Part shown: positions 10,109-19,200 of the stretch, piece after piece
How the letters are laid out: each line of letters opens with the position of its first letter
How positions within the stretch are numbered: position 1 is the first letter of the stretch
Assembly: GCA_963815115.1 (NCBI GenBank)
Contig: CAWFFN010000009.1
Location: 1,792,001-1,856,000 of the forward strand
DNA from: an uncultured delta proteobacterium
Lineage (GTDB): Bacteria > Desulfobacterota > Binatia > DP-6
Direction of reading: 5' to 3'
Length of the DNA: 64,000 nt
The notes under the pieces: generated by a model
Told to the model about the DNA's origin: nothing
What the model saw: the letters and a program-made list of their open reading frames with translations, nothing else
The model's database searches: none
Program-made: the position numbers and the translations under genes

Positions 10109-11625
10109 GGCGCGCGCGGGGCCTCGTGGCGATCGTGCTGCTCGCGTGCTGCCGCGGCGACGGCGCGCCGGCCCGGGCCGCTGCGCTCGCGAGCGTGTAT
10201 CGGGAGGTCCGTCTGAATCCGGAGGGTGGGCTGCCCGAGGAGTGGGTGAGCTGCGCCGCCCCGTGCGCGGGAGGCACCGGGCCGCGGATGACGATGCTCG
10301 GCACCGGAGCCGGGGACGGCCGACTACGCTGGGAGGTCCCCGGAGACCTGGCGGCCACCCGGGCGCTGGAGCGCCTCGCGTACGTCGTGCAGACGGGCGG
10401 TGACGGATCCGTCGTCACGCTGACCTCGCGCGCCGCGTTCCAAAGTGTCCGTCTGGTCCACCGCTACGTCCTGTCCGCTGGTGGCGACACGCTCGACGCG
10501 ACGCTGCAGATTCCGCCCGGGGCACGGCTGGTGCTGGAGAGCGGGGCGGCCTTCGTTCCCCAACCCTTGCCGGGATTGGCCAGCATCTACGACGGGGTCG
10601 ACGCGGTGCGCGTCGCAGCGACCGGTCAGGTGCAGCTGACCGGCGGCCCGCGGGGTGCGGGAGGTGTGGTGATCGCGCGCGGGGAATGGGTGGGCGTCCG
10701 GAATCGGTTCTGGGCGCTGCTGCTCCGGCCGGCCGATGATCTGACGGTGGAAGTTCGCAGCGCGATGCCGAACCGGCCACGGCTCGACGTGCAACCCGCT
10801 CCGGCCACGGCCACCTTCCTGCACTTCGTCCTCTATGCCGGGCCCGTCGAACAGCACCGCCTGGTCGCCGTCGATCCCGTGCTCGCCGGCCTGCTGTTGC
10901 CTGCGCTCTGGGACTGGCTGCGCCTGCTCGGCTTCGGCATGGGTCGTCTGCTCGAGGGCTGGCATGACCTGGTGGGGAACTACGGCGTCGCCATCCTGTT
11001 GCTCTCGCTGTCGGTCAAGCTGCTGATGTGGCCGCTCACGAGCGTCGCCGAGCGCTGGCAGGGGGAAGTGAATCGGATACAGAGCGAGCTCGAACCCGAG
11101 CTCACGCTGGTCAGACGGGATTTCCGTGGCGAGGAGGCCCACCGCCGGACCCTCGCCGTGTACCACCGGCACGGCGTGAGCCCGCTCTTTCCGGTCCGCG
11201 GTGTCTTCGGCGTGCTCATCCAGATTCCCGTCTTCATCGCGGCGTTCGACATGCTCGGTGGGGAGTTCGGGCTGAACGGCGCCTCGTTCCTCTGGATCAC
11301 CGACCTGGCTTTGCCGGACCGCTGGGCCGCGCTGCCGGTCACGGTGCCCTTCGCCGGCGGGTATCTGAATCTCCTGCCGTTTCTTATGACGGGCTTCACT
11401 GTGATGTCAGCCCGGGTGCACGCGGAACCGTCGCTCTCGGCCGCGCTACGGGCCGGCCAGCGCCGCCGCCTCTACGCCATGGCGGGGGCGTTCTTCTTCC
11501 TGCTCTACGCTTTCCCGGCCGGGATGGTATTGTATTGGACTTCGAACAACCTCTGGCATTTGCTGAAGGTTCTGAGCTGGCCGCGCGCCCGGATGACCGT
11601 CCGGAGTTGCGACGCGAAATTCTGA
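10105..11625 (+). CDS. yidC: YidC/Oxa1-family membrane protein insertase (paralog)
   Basis: GNYGVAILLLSLSVKLLMWPL, LIQIPVFIA, FLWITDLALPD, FPAGMVLYWTSNN; ATGA overlap with the upstream gene. Confidence 0.88.
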   Translation: MRRARGLVAIVLLACCRGDGAPARAAALASVYREVRLNPEGGLPEEWVSCAAPCAGGTGPRMTMLGTGAGDGRLRWEVPGDLAATRALERLAYVVQTGGDGSVVTLTSRAAFQSVRLVHRYVLSAGGDTLDATLQIPPGARLVLESGAAFVPQPLPGLASIYDGVDAVRVAATGQVQLTGGPRGAGGVVIARGEWVGVRNRFWALLLRPADDLTVEVRSAMPNRPRLDVQPAPATATFLHFVLYAGPVEQHRLVAVDPVLAGLLLPALWDWLRLLGFGMGRLLEGWHDLVGNYGVAILLLSLSVKLLMWPLTSVAERWQGEVNRIQSELEPELTLVRRDFRGEEAHRRTLAVYHRHGVSPLFPVRGVFGVLIQIPVFIAAFDMLGGEFGLNGASFLWITDLALPDRWAALPVTVPFAGGYLNLLPFLMTGFTVMSARVHAEPSLSAALRAGQRRRLYAMAGAFFFLLYAFPAGMVLYWTSNNLWHLLKVLSWPRARMTVRSCDAKF

Positions 11626-11628
11626 GCG

Positions 11629-11976
11629 ATGGATGGAATCGGTATCCGACCGATGGCGCCTACTGAGATCGACGCGGCGTGCGCGGTGATCGGGCTCGCC
11701 TTTTGCTGACAACCCGAACACCTTGGTGATGGCGGGCGGCAACCGAGCCAAGGCCCAACAGATGATGCAGGCGGCGGTACGAGTCGCCAAGCTCGGCCGG
11801 AAGCACAGCCATGTGGTGGTTGTCGAGGAGGCGGGCAGAATCGTTGGAGTGCTGAACGCCGCCGAGTGGCCGAACTGCCAACTGAGCACGAGCGAGAAGC
11901 TCAAGATCGCGCCGGCAATGATCCGAGCGATGGGCTTCGCCTTGCCAAGGGGATTCAAGATGACGAGCGCGATCGC
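11629..11976 (+). pseudogene. GNAT-like acetyltransferase N-terminal remnant
   Basis: IRPMAPTEIDAACAVIGLAF(frameshift at TTTT 11701)ADNP...VVVEEAGRIVGV; similarity ends at the glyA stop. Confidence 0.6.
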
Positions 11977-13473
11977 TCAGCTCAGCTCGATACCCGGATA
12001 CAACGGATGGCGCGCGAGCAGATCCTTCACGCGCGCGCGGGCCGACTCGAGCACCTTGGGGTCGGTCTCGAAGTTGACCTGCGACGGTGTGCCGTCCTTC
12101 TTGCTCGCGGCCTTGGTCGCGGCCAGCACGGACTGGAGAATGCCGGCGATCTCCTGCATCTCGCTCGCGCCCATGCCGATCGTGGTCATCGCGGGCGTGC
12201 CGAGGCGCATGCCGCTCGTGTACCAGGCGCCGTTCGGATCGTTCGGGATGACGTTGCGGTTGAGCGTCATGTCGGCGGCGCGCACCGCGGCCTCGGCCTG
12301 ACGGCCGTTCAGCCCGAAATTGCGGATGTCGATCAGTACCAGGTGATTCTCGGTGCCGCCGGTGACGACCTTGACGCCCTTGGCGTTGAGCGCTTCGGCA
12401 AGCACGCGCGCGTTGTCGACGACGCGCGCCGCGTACTTGGCGAAGTCGGGCTGCGAGGCTTCCCACAGCGCCACCCCCTTCGCGGCCATCACGTGCGCGA
12501 GCGGCCCGCCGAGCACGAGCGGACAGCCGCGGTCGACGGTCTCGGCGAACTCCTTCTTGCACATCACCAGGCCGCCGCGCGGACCGCGCAGTGTCTTGTG
12601 CGTGGTCGTGGTCACGATGTGCGCGTGCGGCACGGGATCGAAGTCTCCGCTGAACACGCGGCCGGCGACCAGGCCCGCGAAGTGCGCCATGTCGACCATG
12701 AAGGTCGCGCCGATCTCGTCGGCGATCTCGCGGAAGATGCGGAAGTTCACCTTGCGCGGATACGAGCTGTAGCCGGCGACGATCAACAGCGGCTTCTCGT
12801 CGCGCGCGCGCTTGCGCAGCTGGTCGTAGTCGAGCAGGCAGGTTTCGGGGGTCACGCCGTAGCTGCAGCACTTGAACAACTTGCCCGAGACATTGGGGCG
12901 GAAACCGTGCGTGAGATGGCCGCCCGAGTCGAGCGCCATGCCCATCATCTTCTGGTTCCCGAGCTCGCGGCGCAGCGACTCCCAGTCTTCGGCAGACAGC
13001 TCGCCGACGGCCTTCGCCCCGAGCCGCTCGAGCGTGGGGTTCTCGACGCGCGCGGTGAGCACGCTCCAGAACGCGACCAGGTTCGCGTCGATGCCGCTGT
13101 GCGGCTGCACGTAGGCGTGGTCGGCGCTGAACAGGCTCTTCGCCAGCTCGACCGCACGCGACTCGATCGCATCGACGTTGTCGCAGCCGGCGTAGAAGCG
13201 GTGGCCGGGCGCGCCCTCGGCGTACTTGTCGCTGAGCCAGTTGCCCATCGCCAGCAGTACCGACGGTGAGGCGAAGTTCTCGCTCGCGATCAGCTTCAGC
13301 TTGCTGCGCTGATCGCGCAGCTCTTGCATGATCGACTCGGCCACGTCGGGCAGCACGCGTGCGACGCTGTCGATCGCGGCTGCGAACGCCAGCGTGTCGG
13401 ACGAGAGCGAGCCGGGTTTGTAGCCGGGGACCTTCGCCTTCAAATAGTCGTCGAGCAATGAACGTGTCGGCAT
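11977..13473 (-). CDS. glyA: Serine hydroxymethyltransferase
   Basis: [33 protein letters not shown] (PLP lysine), SGMRLGTPA; AGGAGG RBS. Confidence 0.97.
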   Translation of the reverse strand: MPTRSLLDDYLKAKVPGYKPGSLSSDTLAFAAAIDSVARVLPDVAESIMQELRDQRSKLKLIASENFASPSVLLAMGNWLSDKYAEGAPGHRFYAGCDNVDAIESRAVELAKSLFSADHAYVQPHSGIDANLVAFWSVLTARVENPTLERLGAKAVGELSAEDWESLRRELGNQKMMGMALDSGGHLTHGFRPNVSGKLFKCCSYGVTPETCLLDYDQLRKRARDEKPLLIVAGYSSYPRKVNFRIFREIADEIGATFMVDMAHFAGLVAGRVFSGDFDPVPHAHIVTTTTHKTLRGPRGGLVMCKKEFAETVDRGCPLVLGGPLAHVMAAKGVALWEASQPDFAKYAARVVDNARVLAEALNAKGVKVVTGGTENHLVLIDIRNFGLNGRQAEAAVRAADMTLNRNVIPNDPNGAWYTSGMRLGTPAMTTIGMGASEMQEIAGILQSVLAATKAASKKDGTPSQVNFETDPKVLESARARVKDLLARHPLYPGIELS

Positions 13474-13503
13474 GGCGCGCCTCCTAGGTGGGAGTTCCCT
13501 ATC

Positions 13504-13602
13504 GGCCCAGGCGCGCGGCAGTGTGTGCAGCGGATCGAAACCCAGCTGCACGCGCCGCCGCTCCCCGGTGGTTCCCCACCTGATACGCCAGTTACGGCGG
13601 CG
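13504..13602 (-). ncRNA. ZMP/ZTP (pfl) riboswitch
   Basis: Minus strand CCGCCGUAACUGGCG-UAUCA-GGUGG-GGAA-CCACC-GGGGAGCGGCGG...GCCGCGCGCCUGGGC matches the P1/P2/P3 and pseudoknot pattern; lies upstream of glyA, a known target. Confidence 0.93.
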
Positions 13603-13724
13603 ATCGGAAACTAGGGGCGAGGCGGCGCGAAGTCAACGCGGCCGTTCACACGTGAGGTAGGCTGCGGGCCGCGCTCGGTGTTGCGGGTGCACGGCGGCCA
13701 CACGGCCGCGGCATGAGGCAGGCC

Positions 13725-13931
13725 ATGAGCGACATCGACGTGGCGATCGTAGGTGCTGGCGTGATCGGGCTGGCATGCGCAGCGCGGCTCGCGCGCGGCG
13801 GGCGTTCGGTGATCGTGATCGAGCGCAATGCGCGTGAAGCCGAAGAGACCTCGACGCGCAACAGCGGGGTGATTCACGCCGGGCTGTATTACGCGCAGGG
13901 TTCGCTCAAGGCGCTCACCTGCGTCGAGGGT
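13725..13931 (+). pseudogene. L-2-hydroxyglutarate oxidase-like FAD oxidoreductase, N-terminal remnant
   Basis: IVGAGVIG, ETSTRNSGVIHAGLYY, SLKALTCVEG, then abrupt loss of similarity. Confidence 0.85.
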
Positions 13932-14124
13932 TCGCTGGCCGCCGCGCGTGACTGCGGGGGCCTTCGGGACCCGGAAGACGGGTTCGGGTCGCCTTCGGCG
14001 GAGGCGGGGGCCGTGCGGGCCCTCCGTGCCGCACCCGCACCCCGGCGCTCGGGGGGCGTCGCGGACGGGCGGGTGCGGGGGAGCCCGGCATCACCCACCA
14101 GACCGAGGTGGGTCAGGATGCGGC

Positions 14125-14229
14125 TGCGAACAGCGCGCGCTGGTTGTCGATCTCGTCGAGCGTGTTCCGGACTTCAAGTCGCGATTCTTCGCATCGGCCT
14201 GGGCACGCTACGCATCCGCCCGGCCGCCG
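14125..14229 (+). pseudogene. Short fragment resembling an AbiEii-type nucleotidyltransferase C-terminus
   Basis: DLVERVPDFKSRFFASAWARYASARP; similarity recalled from memory. Confidence 0.45.
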
Positions 14230-14282
14230 CCGGCATCGGCACGGAAGCCGATCTCGCCCGGGCCAGGCAGGAGAGGAGGCCG

Positions 14283-14357
14283 CAGCTCCACGGGTCGCCG
14301 TTCACCGATATCAACCCGCGCGGGCCGGAAGGATTGTTCGGTTCGGCCGAGGTCGAC
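14283..14357 (+). pseudogene. Short fragment resembling an EcoEI-type HsdR C-terminus
   Basis: LHGSPFTDINPRGPEGLFGSAEVD versus the recalled LYESPFTD..P.GPEGLF motif. Confidence 0.5.
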
Positions 14358-14443
14358 CACGACGCTCGGGGCCGGGCGGCCGCCTGAGCGTCGGTGGGTT
14401 TTGCGCCCCCATCGGATCGCGGGTATGCAACTCGCTTGCCTCC

Positions 14444-15319
14444 ATGCTCACCCGCGAGCAGCTCAAGGCCGTCCGCAAGATCCAGATCCGCACCAGCCAC
14501 CTGGTGACCGATCTCTTCGGCGGCCAGTACCAGAGCGTCTTCAAGGGTCGCGGCATCGAGTTCGCCGAGGTGCGGCTGTATCAACCCGGCGACGAGATCC
14601 GCACCATCGACTGGAACGTGACCGCGCGCACCGGCGTGCCGCACGTGAAGCGCTACGCCGAGGAGCGCGAGCTGACGGTCATGCTGCTGGTCGACGCCAG
14701 CGCGAGCACGCTCTTCGGCAGCGTGCGGCTGACCAAGGCGGCGCTGGCAGCCGAGCTCGGTGCGCTCTTCGCCTTCTCGGCGATCACCAACAACGACAAG
14801 GTGGGCCTGGTCGTGTTCAGCGACCGGATCGAGAAGGCGTTGCCGCCGCGCAAGGGGACGCGACACGTGCTGCGCGTCATCCGCGAGGTCCTGTCGCTCC
14901 GGCCGGCCGGCCGCGGCACCGACATCGCCGCCGCGCTCGAACACCTCCGTCACGTGACCAAGCGCCGGGCCGTCGTCTTCCTGGTCTCCGACTTCCTCGA
15001 TCCGGGCTGCCGCAACGCGCTGCGGCTGGCGGCGCGGCGCCACGACCTGATCGCCGTCGTGCTCGACGATCCGCGCGAGGCGACGCTGCCCGACGTGGGC
15101 CTCGTCGAGCTGGAGGAGGCGGAGACGGGCGCGCGCTACGTGCTCGACACCGGCAGCGCGCGGGTGCGCGAGGCGGTCGCGGCCCGGGGTGCGGCGGCGC
15201 GGGCGGAGCGCGATCGCATGCTGCGCGCGTGCGACGTCGACGTCATCGGCGTGTCGACCGACCGGCCGTACATCGAGGCCCTGCTGCGCTTCTTCCGGAT
15301 GCGGGAGCGGCGCCAGTGA
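14444..15319 (+). CDS. DUF58 domain protein (MoxR-associated)
   Basis: SVFKGRGIEFAEVRLYQPGDEIRTIDWNVTAR, EERELTVMLLVDAS, LVSDF. Confidence 0.95.
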   Translation: MLTREQLKAVRKIQIRTSHLVTDLFGGQYQSVFKGRGIEFAEVRLYQPGDEIRTIDWNVTARTGVPHVKRYAEERELTVMLLVDASASTLFGSVRLTKAALAAELGALFAFSAITNNDKVGLVVFSDRIEKALPPRKGTRHVLRVIREVLSLRPAGRGTDIAAALEHLRHVTKRRAVVFLVSDFLDPGCRNALRLAARRHDLIAVVLDDPREATLPDVGLVELEEAETGARYVLDTGSARVREAVAARGAAARAERDRMLRACDVDVIGVSTDRPYIEALLRFFRMRERRQ

Positions 15320-16266
15320 GGTGGCCGCTGGTGTGCGCGGCGCTGCTCGCCGGCGTGGCGGTGCGCGCGGCCGATCCGCCGCCGGTCTCGGTCCAGGCGC
15401 ACGTGGAGCCCGAGCGGCCGACCATCGGCCAGCGCTTCCGCTACGTGCTCGAGGTGGCCGCGCCGCCCGGCGCGGAGGTCGTCGTGGCGCAGCCGGGCGA
15501 ACACCTCGGCGACTTCGACGTCCTCGATTCCGGCACCGACCCGCCGGTGGAGCGCGATGGTCGGACGGTGACGCCCCGCTGGTGGCGTCTGGTGGGCTGG
15601 AGCCCCGGCGAGCACGCGATCGAGTCACCGGCGGTACGCTCCCGCCAGCCGGGCACCGAGCTGGCCGAGGTGCCGGGCGTGACGACGCCGGTCACGGTGG
15701 CGAGCGTCCTGGGCGACACGAACGAGCAGGCGGACATCCGCGACATCAAGGGCCCGGAGCCGGTGCCGCCCGATCGCCGGCTCTGGTACGCGCTCGGCGC
15801 GCTCGTCGTGCTGCTCGCGCTCCTCGGGCTCGTCATGCGGACGCTGCGCGCCCGCCGCCGCGCCCGGGCGATTCCCGCGCCACCGCCCCGGCCGGCACAC
15901 GAGATCGCCGCCGAGGCGCTGCGCGCGCTACGCGCCCGGCGGCTGCCGGAGCTGGGCGAGTTCAAGGAGTTCTACTCGGCGCTCTCCGGTATCGTGCGGC
16001 GCTACCTGGAGGATCGCTTCGTCGTCCGCGCGCCGGAGATGACGACGGAGGAGTTCCTCGACGCCACGGCGCGCAGCACGGCCCTCGAGCGCGGTCAGCG
16101 GGAGCTGCTCGGCGACTTCCTGGCCGAGTCCGATCTGGTCAAGTTCGCCCGGCACGTGCCGACGCTCTCCGACAGCGAGCGGGTGCTCGGTGCGGCCGAG
16201 CGCTTCGTCGCGGAGACGGCCCCGCGTGAGCCGCTGCCCGCGGAGGAGCAGCGTGCGGCTGGCTGA
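15316..16266 (+). CDS. BatD-like exported membrane-anchored protein
   Basis: Signal peptide, DIRDIKGP, TM helix, EMTTEEFL, DLVKFA; GTGA overlap. Confidence 0.85.
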   Translation: MRWPLVCAALLAGVAVRAADPPPVSVQAHVEPERPTIGQRFRYVLEVAAPPGAEVVVAQPGEHLGDFDVLDSGTDPPVERDGRTVTPRWWRLVGWSPGEHAIESPAVRSRQPGTELAEVPGVTTPVTVASVLGDTNEQADIRDIKGPEPVPPDRRLWYALGALVVLLALLGLVMRTLRARRRARAIPAPPPRPAHEIAAEALRALRARRLPELGEFKEFYSALSGIVRRYLEDRFVVRAPEMTTEEFLDATARSTALERGQRELLGDFLAESDLVKFARHVPTLSDSERVLGAAERFVAETAPREPLPAEEQRAAG

Positions 16267-17248
16267 CCCCTGGTTCCTCCTGCTGCTCGGACTCCTGGCC
16301 GTTCTGCTCCCGTGGCGGCGCCGGGCGGCGCGCGAGGCCGCCGTGCGGTTCCCGTCGCTCGGCGTGCTGCGACTGGTCGCCCCTGCCGGCGCCGCCCATC
16401 GCCGCGCCGTGCTCGGCGTGCTGCGCGCGCTCGTGCTCGTGCTCCTCGTGGTCGCGCTCGCGCGCCCCCAGCTCGGCACCGCCGAGGCGACCGTGCACCG
16501 CGAGGGAGTCGACGTCGTCCTGGCCGTCGACATCTCGGGCAGCATGATGGCCGAGGACTTCACCCTCGACGGCAAGCGCGCGAGCCGGCTCGACGCCGTC
16601 AAGTCGGTGGTGCGCGAGTTCGTCGCCAACCGCCCGCAGGACCGTATCGGACTCGTGCTGTTCGCCGGCCGCCCGTACACCCAGGCGCCGCTCACCCTCG
16701 ACCACGGCTGGCTCCTGCAGAATCTCGGCCGGGCCAAGGTCGGGCTGATCGAGGACGGCACGGCCGTCGGATCGGCGGTGGCGACCGCGGCGGACCGGCT
16801 GCGGGCGTCGACCGCGCCGAGCAAGTTCGTCGTGCTGCTCACCGACGGACAGAGCAACGCCGGACGCATCACCCCGCAGACGGCCGCCGAGGCGGCAGCC
16901 GCGCTCGGCATCAAGGTCTATACCGTCGGGGCGGGCACACACGGCACGGCGCCGTTTCCCGTGCAGGACTTCTTCGGCAACACGGTGTACCGGCCGCTCG
17001 AGGTGGACATCGACGAGGCGACCCTCGAGCAGATCGCCAAGACCACCGGCGCCAGGTACTTCCGGGCGACGGACACGCAGAGCCTGCGGGACGTCTACAC
17101 CGAGATCGATCGGGCCGAGAAGGTGCCCTTCGAGGCGCCGGAGTTCCTCGACTACCGCGAAGGCTATCCCTGGCTCCTCTGGCCGGCGCTCGGGCTCCTT
17201 CTCCTCGAGGCGGTGCTCGGCGAGACCGTGCTGCGCAAGCTGCCATGA
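16253..17248 (+). CDS. batA: BatA-like VWA domain protein
   Basis: ALARPQ, DISGSM MIDAS motif, GTAVGSA, LLTDGQSN, YFRATD. Confidence 0.92.
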   Translation: MRLADPWFLLLLGLLAVLLPWRRRAAREAAVRFPSLGVLRLVAPAGAAHRRAVLGVLRALVLVLLVVALARPQLGTAEATVHREGVDVVLAVDISGSMMAEDFTLDGKRASRLDAVKSVVREFVANRPQDRIGLVLFAGRPYTQAPLTLDHGWLLQNLGRAKVGLIEDGTAVGSAVATAADRLRASTAPSKFVVLLTDGQSNAGRITPQTAAEAAAALGIKVYTVGAGTHGTAPFPVQDFFGNTVYRPLEVDIDEATLEQIAKTTGARYFRATDTQSLRDVYTEIDRAEKVPFEAPEFLDYREGYPWLLWPALGLLLLEAVLGETVLRKLP

Positions 17249-19200
17249 TCGCGTGGCGTGATCCTGCCAGCCTGGCGCTCCTGGTGCTGGTGGCGGCGCT
17301 GGCCGCGTTTCTCGCCTGGGCGGCGAGGCGGCGTGCCCGCGCGCTGGCCGAGTTCGTGGCGGCGGCGTTGCAACCGACCGTCGCGCCCGACGTCGATCCC
17401 CGCCGGCGCTCGCTGCGCGCGTGGCTGATCGTCGCGGGGGCGGGCCTGATGGTCGTCGCCCTCGCCGGCCCGATGTGGGGGTTCCGCTGGGAGCAGGTGA
17501 AGCGCCAGGGAATCGACCTGGTGATCGCGCTCGACACCTCGCGCAGCATGCTCGCGACCGACGTGAAGCCCGACCGTCTCGGCCGCGCCAAGCTCGCGGT
17601 ACGCGATCTCGTCGCCGAGACTCGCGGCGACCGCCTCGGCCTCGTGGCCTTCGCGGGCTCGGCCTTTCTCCAGTGTCCGCTCACCCTCGACCGGGGGGCG
17701 TTCCTGGAGAGTCTCGACGCCATCCAGGTCGGCATCATCCCGCGCGGAGGCACCGCGCTGGCGGCGGCGATCGACACCAGCCTCCAGGCCTTCGAGGGAC
17801 GCCAGGGCAACCACCAGGCGATGGTTCTCATCACCGACGGCGAGAGCCACGAGGGCGATCTCGACGGGGCGATCAAGCGCGCCAAGGAGCGCGGCGTGCG
17901 CATCTTCACCGTCGGCATCGGCACGCCGGAGGGCGAGCTCATTCCCGGCCCGAACGGGGGCTTCTTCAAGGATCGCCAGGGCCAGGTGGTCAAGTCGCGG
18001 CTCGACGAGGCGACGCTCGAGCGCATCGCGGTCGAGACCGGCGGGGTCTACCTGCGCGCCGCCGGCGCCGGGCTCGGCCTGTCGGAGCTCTACCGGGACC
18101 ACATCGCCACCCTCGAGAAACGCGAGCTCGAGAGCACCCTCGAACGCCGCTACGACCTGCGCTACCAGCTCCCGCTCGCGCTCGCCTTCCTGCTCCTCCT
18201 GGTCGAGCCGCTCATCGGCGAGCGCCGCACGGCCGGCGCGGGGTCGCGCTGGCGGCGCTGGCGTGGCGCGGTCGCAGCGCTGCTCCTGGCGTCGATGTCG
18301 GTCGGATGGCTCGATCCGCACGGGCGCGCGCGCGAGGGCAATCGCCTCTACGAGGCGGGGAAGTTCGACGACGCGGCGGAGCGGTACAACCAGGCGCTGG
18401 TCGACGACCCGGATTCGGCCGGCCTGCATCTGAGCCTGGGTGATGCGCGCTACAAGGCGGGCAAGCTCGACGACGCGCAGGCGGCGTTCCAGAAGGTCCC
18501 GGCCACGCCCGACGATCCGGGCCGCGCGGCGCGCCTCGCCTACAACCTCGGGAACACCAAGTTCCGGCAGGGCGAGGCGGTGCAGGGCACCGAGCCACAG
18601 AAGTCCCTCCAGCTCTGGACCGACGCGCTGGTCGACTATCGACGCGCGCTGGGCGCGGAGCCCGACGACCAGGACGCGAAGTTCAACCACGAGCTCGTGG
18701 AGCGGAAGATCGCGGCCCTCAAGAAGAAGCTCGAGGAGCAAGAGAAGGAGAAGAAGCAGAAGCAGGAGCAGCAGCAGCAGCAAGGCAAGGGCGACCAGCA
18801 GCAGGACAAGCAAGAGCAGGACCAGCAGGGCAAGGAGCAGCAAAAGGAGCAACAGCAGGGCCAGGACCAGCAGGCCAACCAGCAGCAGGGCGGCTCCGAC
18901 CAGCAGGACCAGCAGCAGAAGCAGGGCGACGAGCAGCAGCCGTCGCAGCCCGGGGAGCAGGACGAGCAGCGGGACGCTCGTCAGGGAGCGCAGCCACAGG
19001 AGGCGCAGCAGCAGCCCCAGCGGCAGGGCGAGGAGAACACGCCCGCAGGGGAGGGCGCCGCGGCTCGCCGTCCGAGCGAGATGACGCCGCAGGAGGCCGC
19101 CGCCCTGCTCGATGCGTTGCGGAGCCAGGAGGTCCAGCCCGGGGACATCAACAAGCGGCTGCAAGGCGCGCGGGTCGCCGAGCCCCGGGAGGACTGGTGA
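17245..19200 (+). CDS. BatB-BatC fusion: VWA + TPR + Gln-rich tail
   Basis: DTSRSM MIDAS motif, ITDGE, TPR motifs (AYNLGN, DAKFNHE), Q-rich linker, EDW end; ATGA overlap. Confidence 0.9.
   Translation: MIAWRDPASLALLVLVAALAAFLAWAARRRARALAEFVAAALQPTVAPDVDPRRRSLRAWLIVAGAGLMVVALAGPMWGFRWEQVKRQGIDLVIALDTSRSMLATDVKPDRLGRAKLAVRDLVAETRGDRLGLVAFAGSAFLQCPLTLDRGAFLESLDAIQVGIIPRGGTALAAAIDTSLQAFEGRQGNHQAMVLITDGESHEGDLDGAIKRAKERGVRIFTVGIGTPEGELIPGPNGGFFKDRQGQVVKSRLDEATLERIAVETGGVYLRAAGAGLGLSELYRDHIATLEKRELESTLERRYDLRYQLPLALAFLLLLVEPLIGERRTAGAGSRWRRWRGAVAALLLASMSVGWLDPHGRAREGNRLYEAGKFDDAAERYNQALVDDPDSAGLHLSLGDARYKAGKLDDAQAAFQKVPATPDDPGRAARLAYNLGNTKFRQGEAVQGTEPQKSLQLWTDALVDYRRALGAEPDDQDAKFNHELVERKIAALKKKLEEQEKEKKQKQEQQQQQGKGDQQQDKQEQDQQGKEQQKEQQQGQDQQANQQQGGSDQQDQQQKQGDEQQPSQPGEQDEQRDARQGAQPQEAQQQPQRQGEENTPAGEGAAARRPSEMTPQEAAALLDALRSQEVQPGDINKRLQGARVAEPREDW
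18720..19030 (+). repeat. CAG-rich low-complexity coding tract (Q/E/K/D-rich)
   Basis: Directly visible imperfect CAG runs inside the BatBC gene. Confidence 0.9.

Noticed and set aside
13948-15315. 772-aa ORF starting at 13948 as a single protein
   Set aside because: The N-terminal part is an alternative frame over the scar and DUF58; the real gene starts at 15316.
18720-19030. CAG-rich tract as a possible array or CRISPR
   Set aside because: It is an in-frame Gln-rich linker typical of BatC; there is no repeat-spacer structure.
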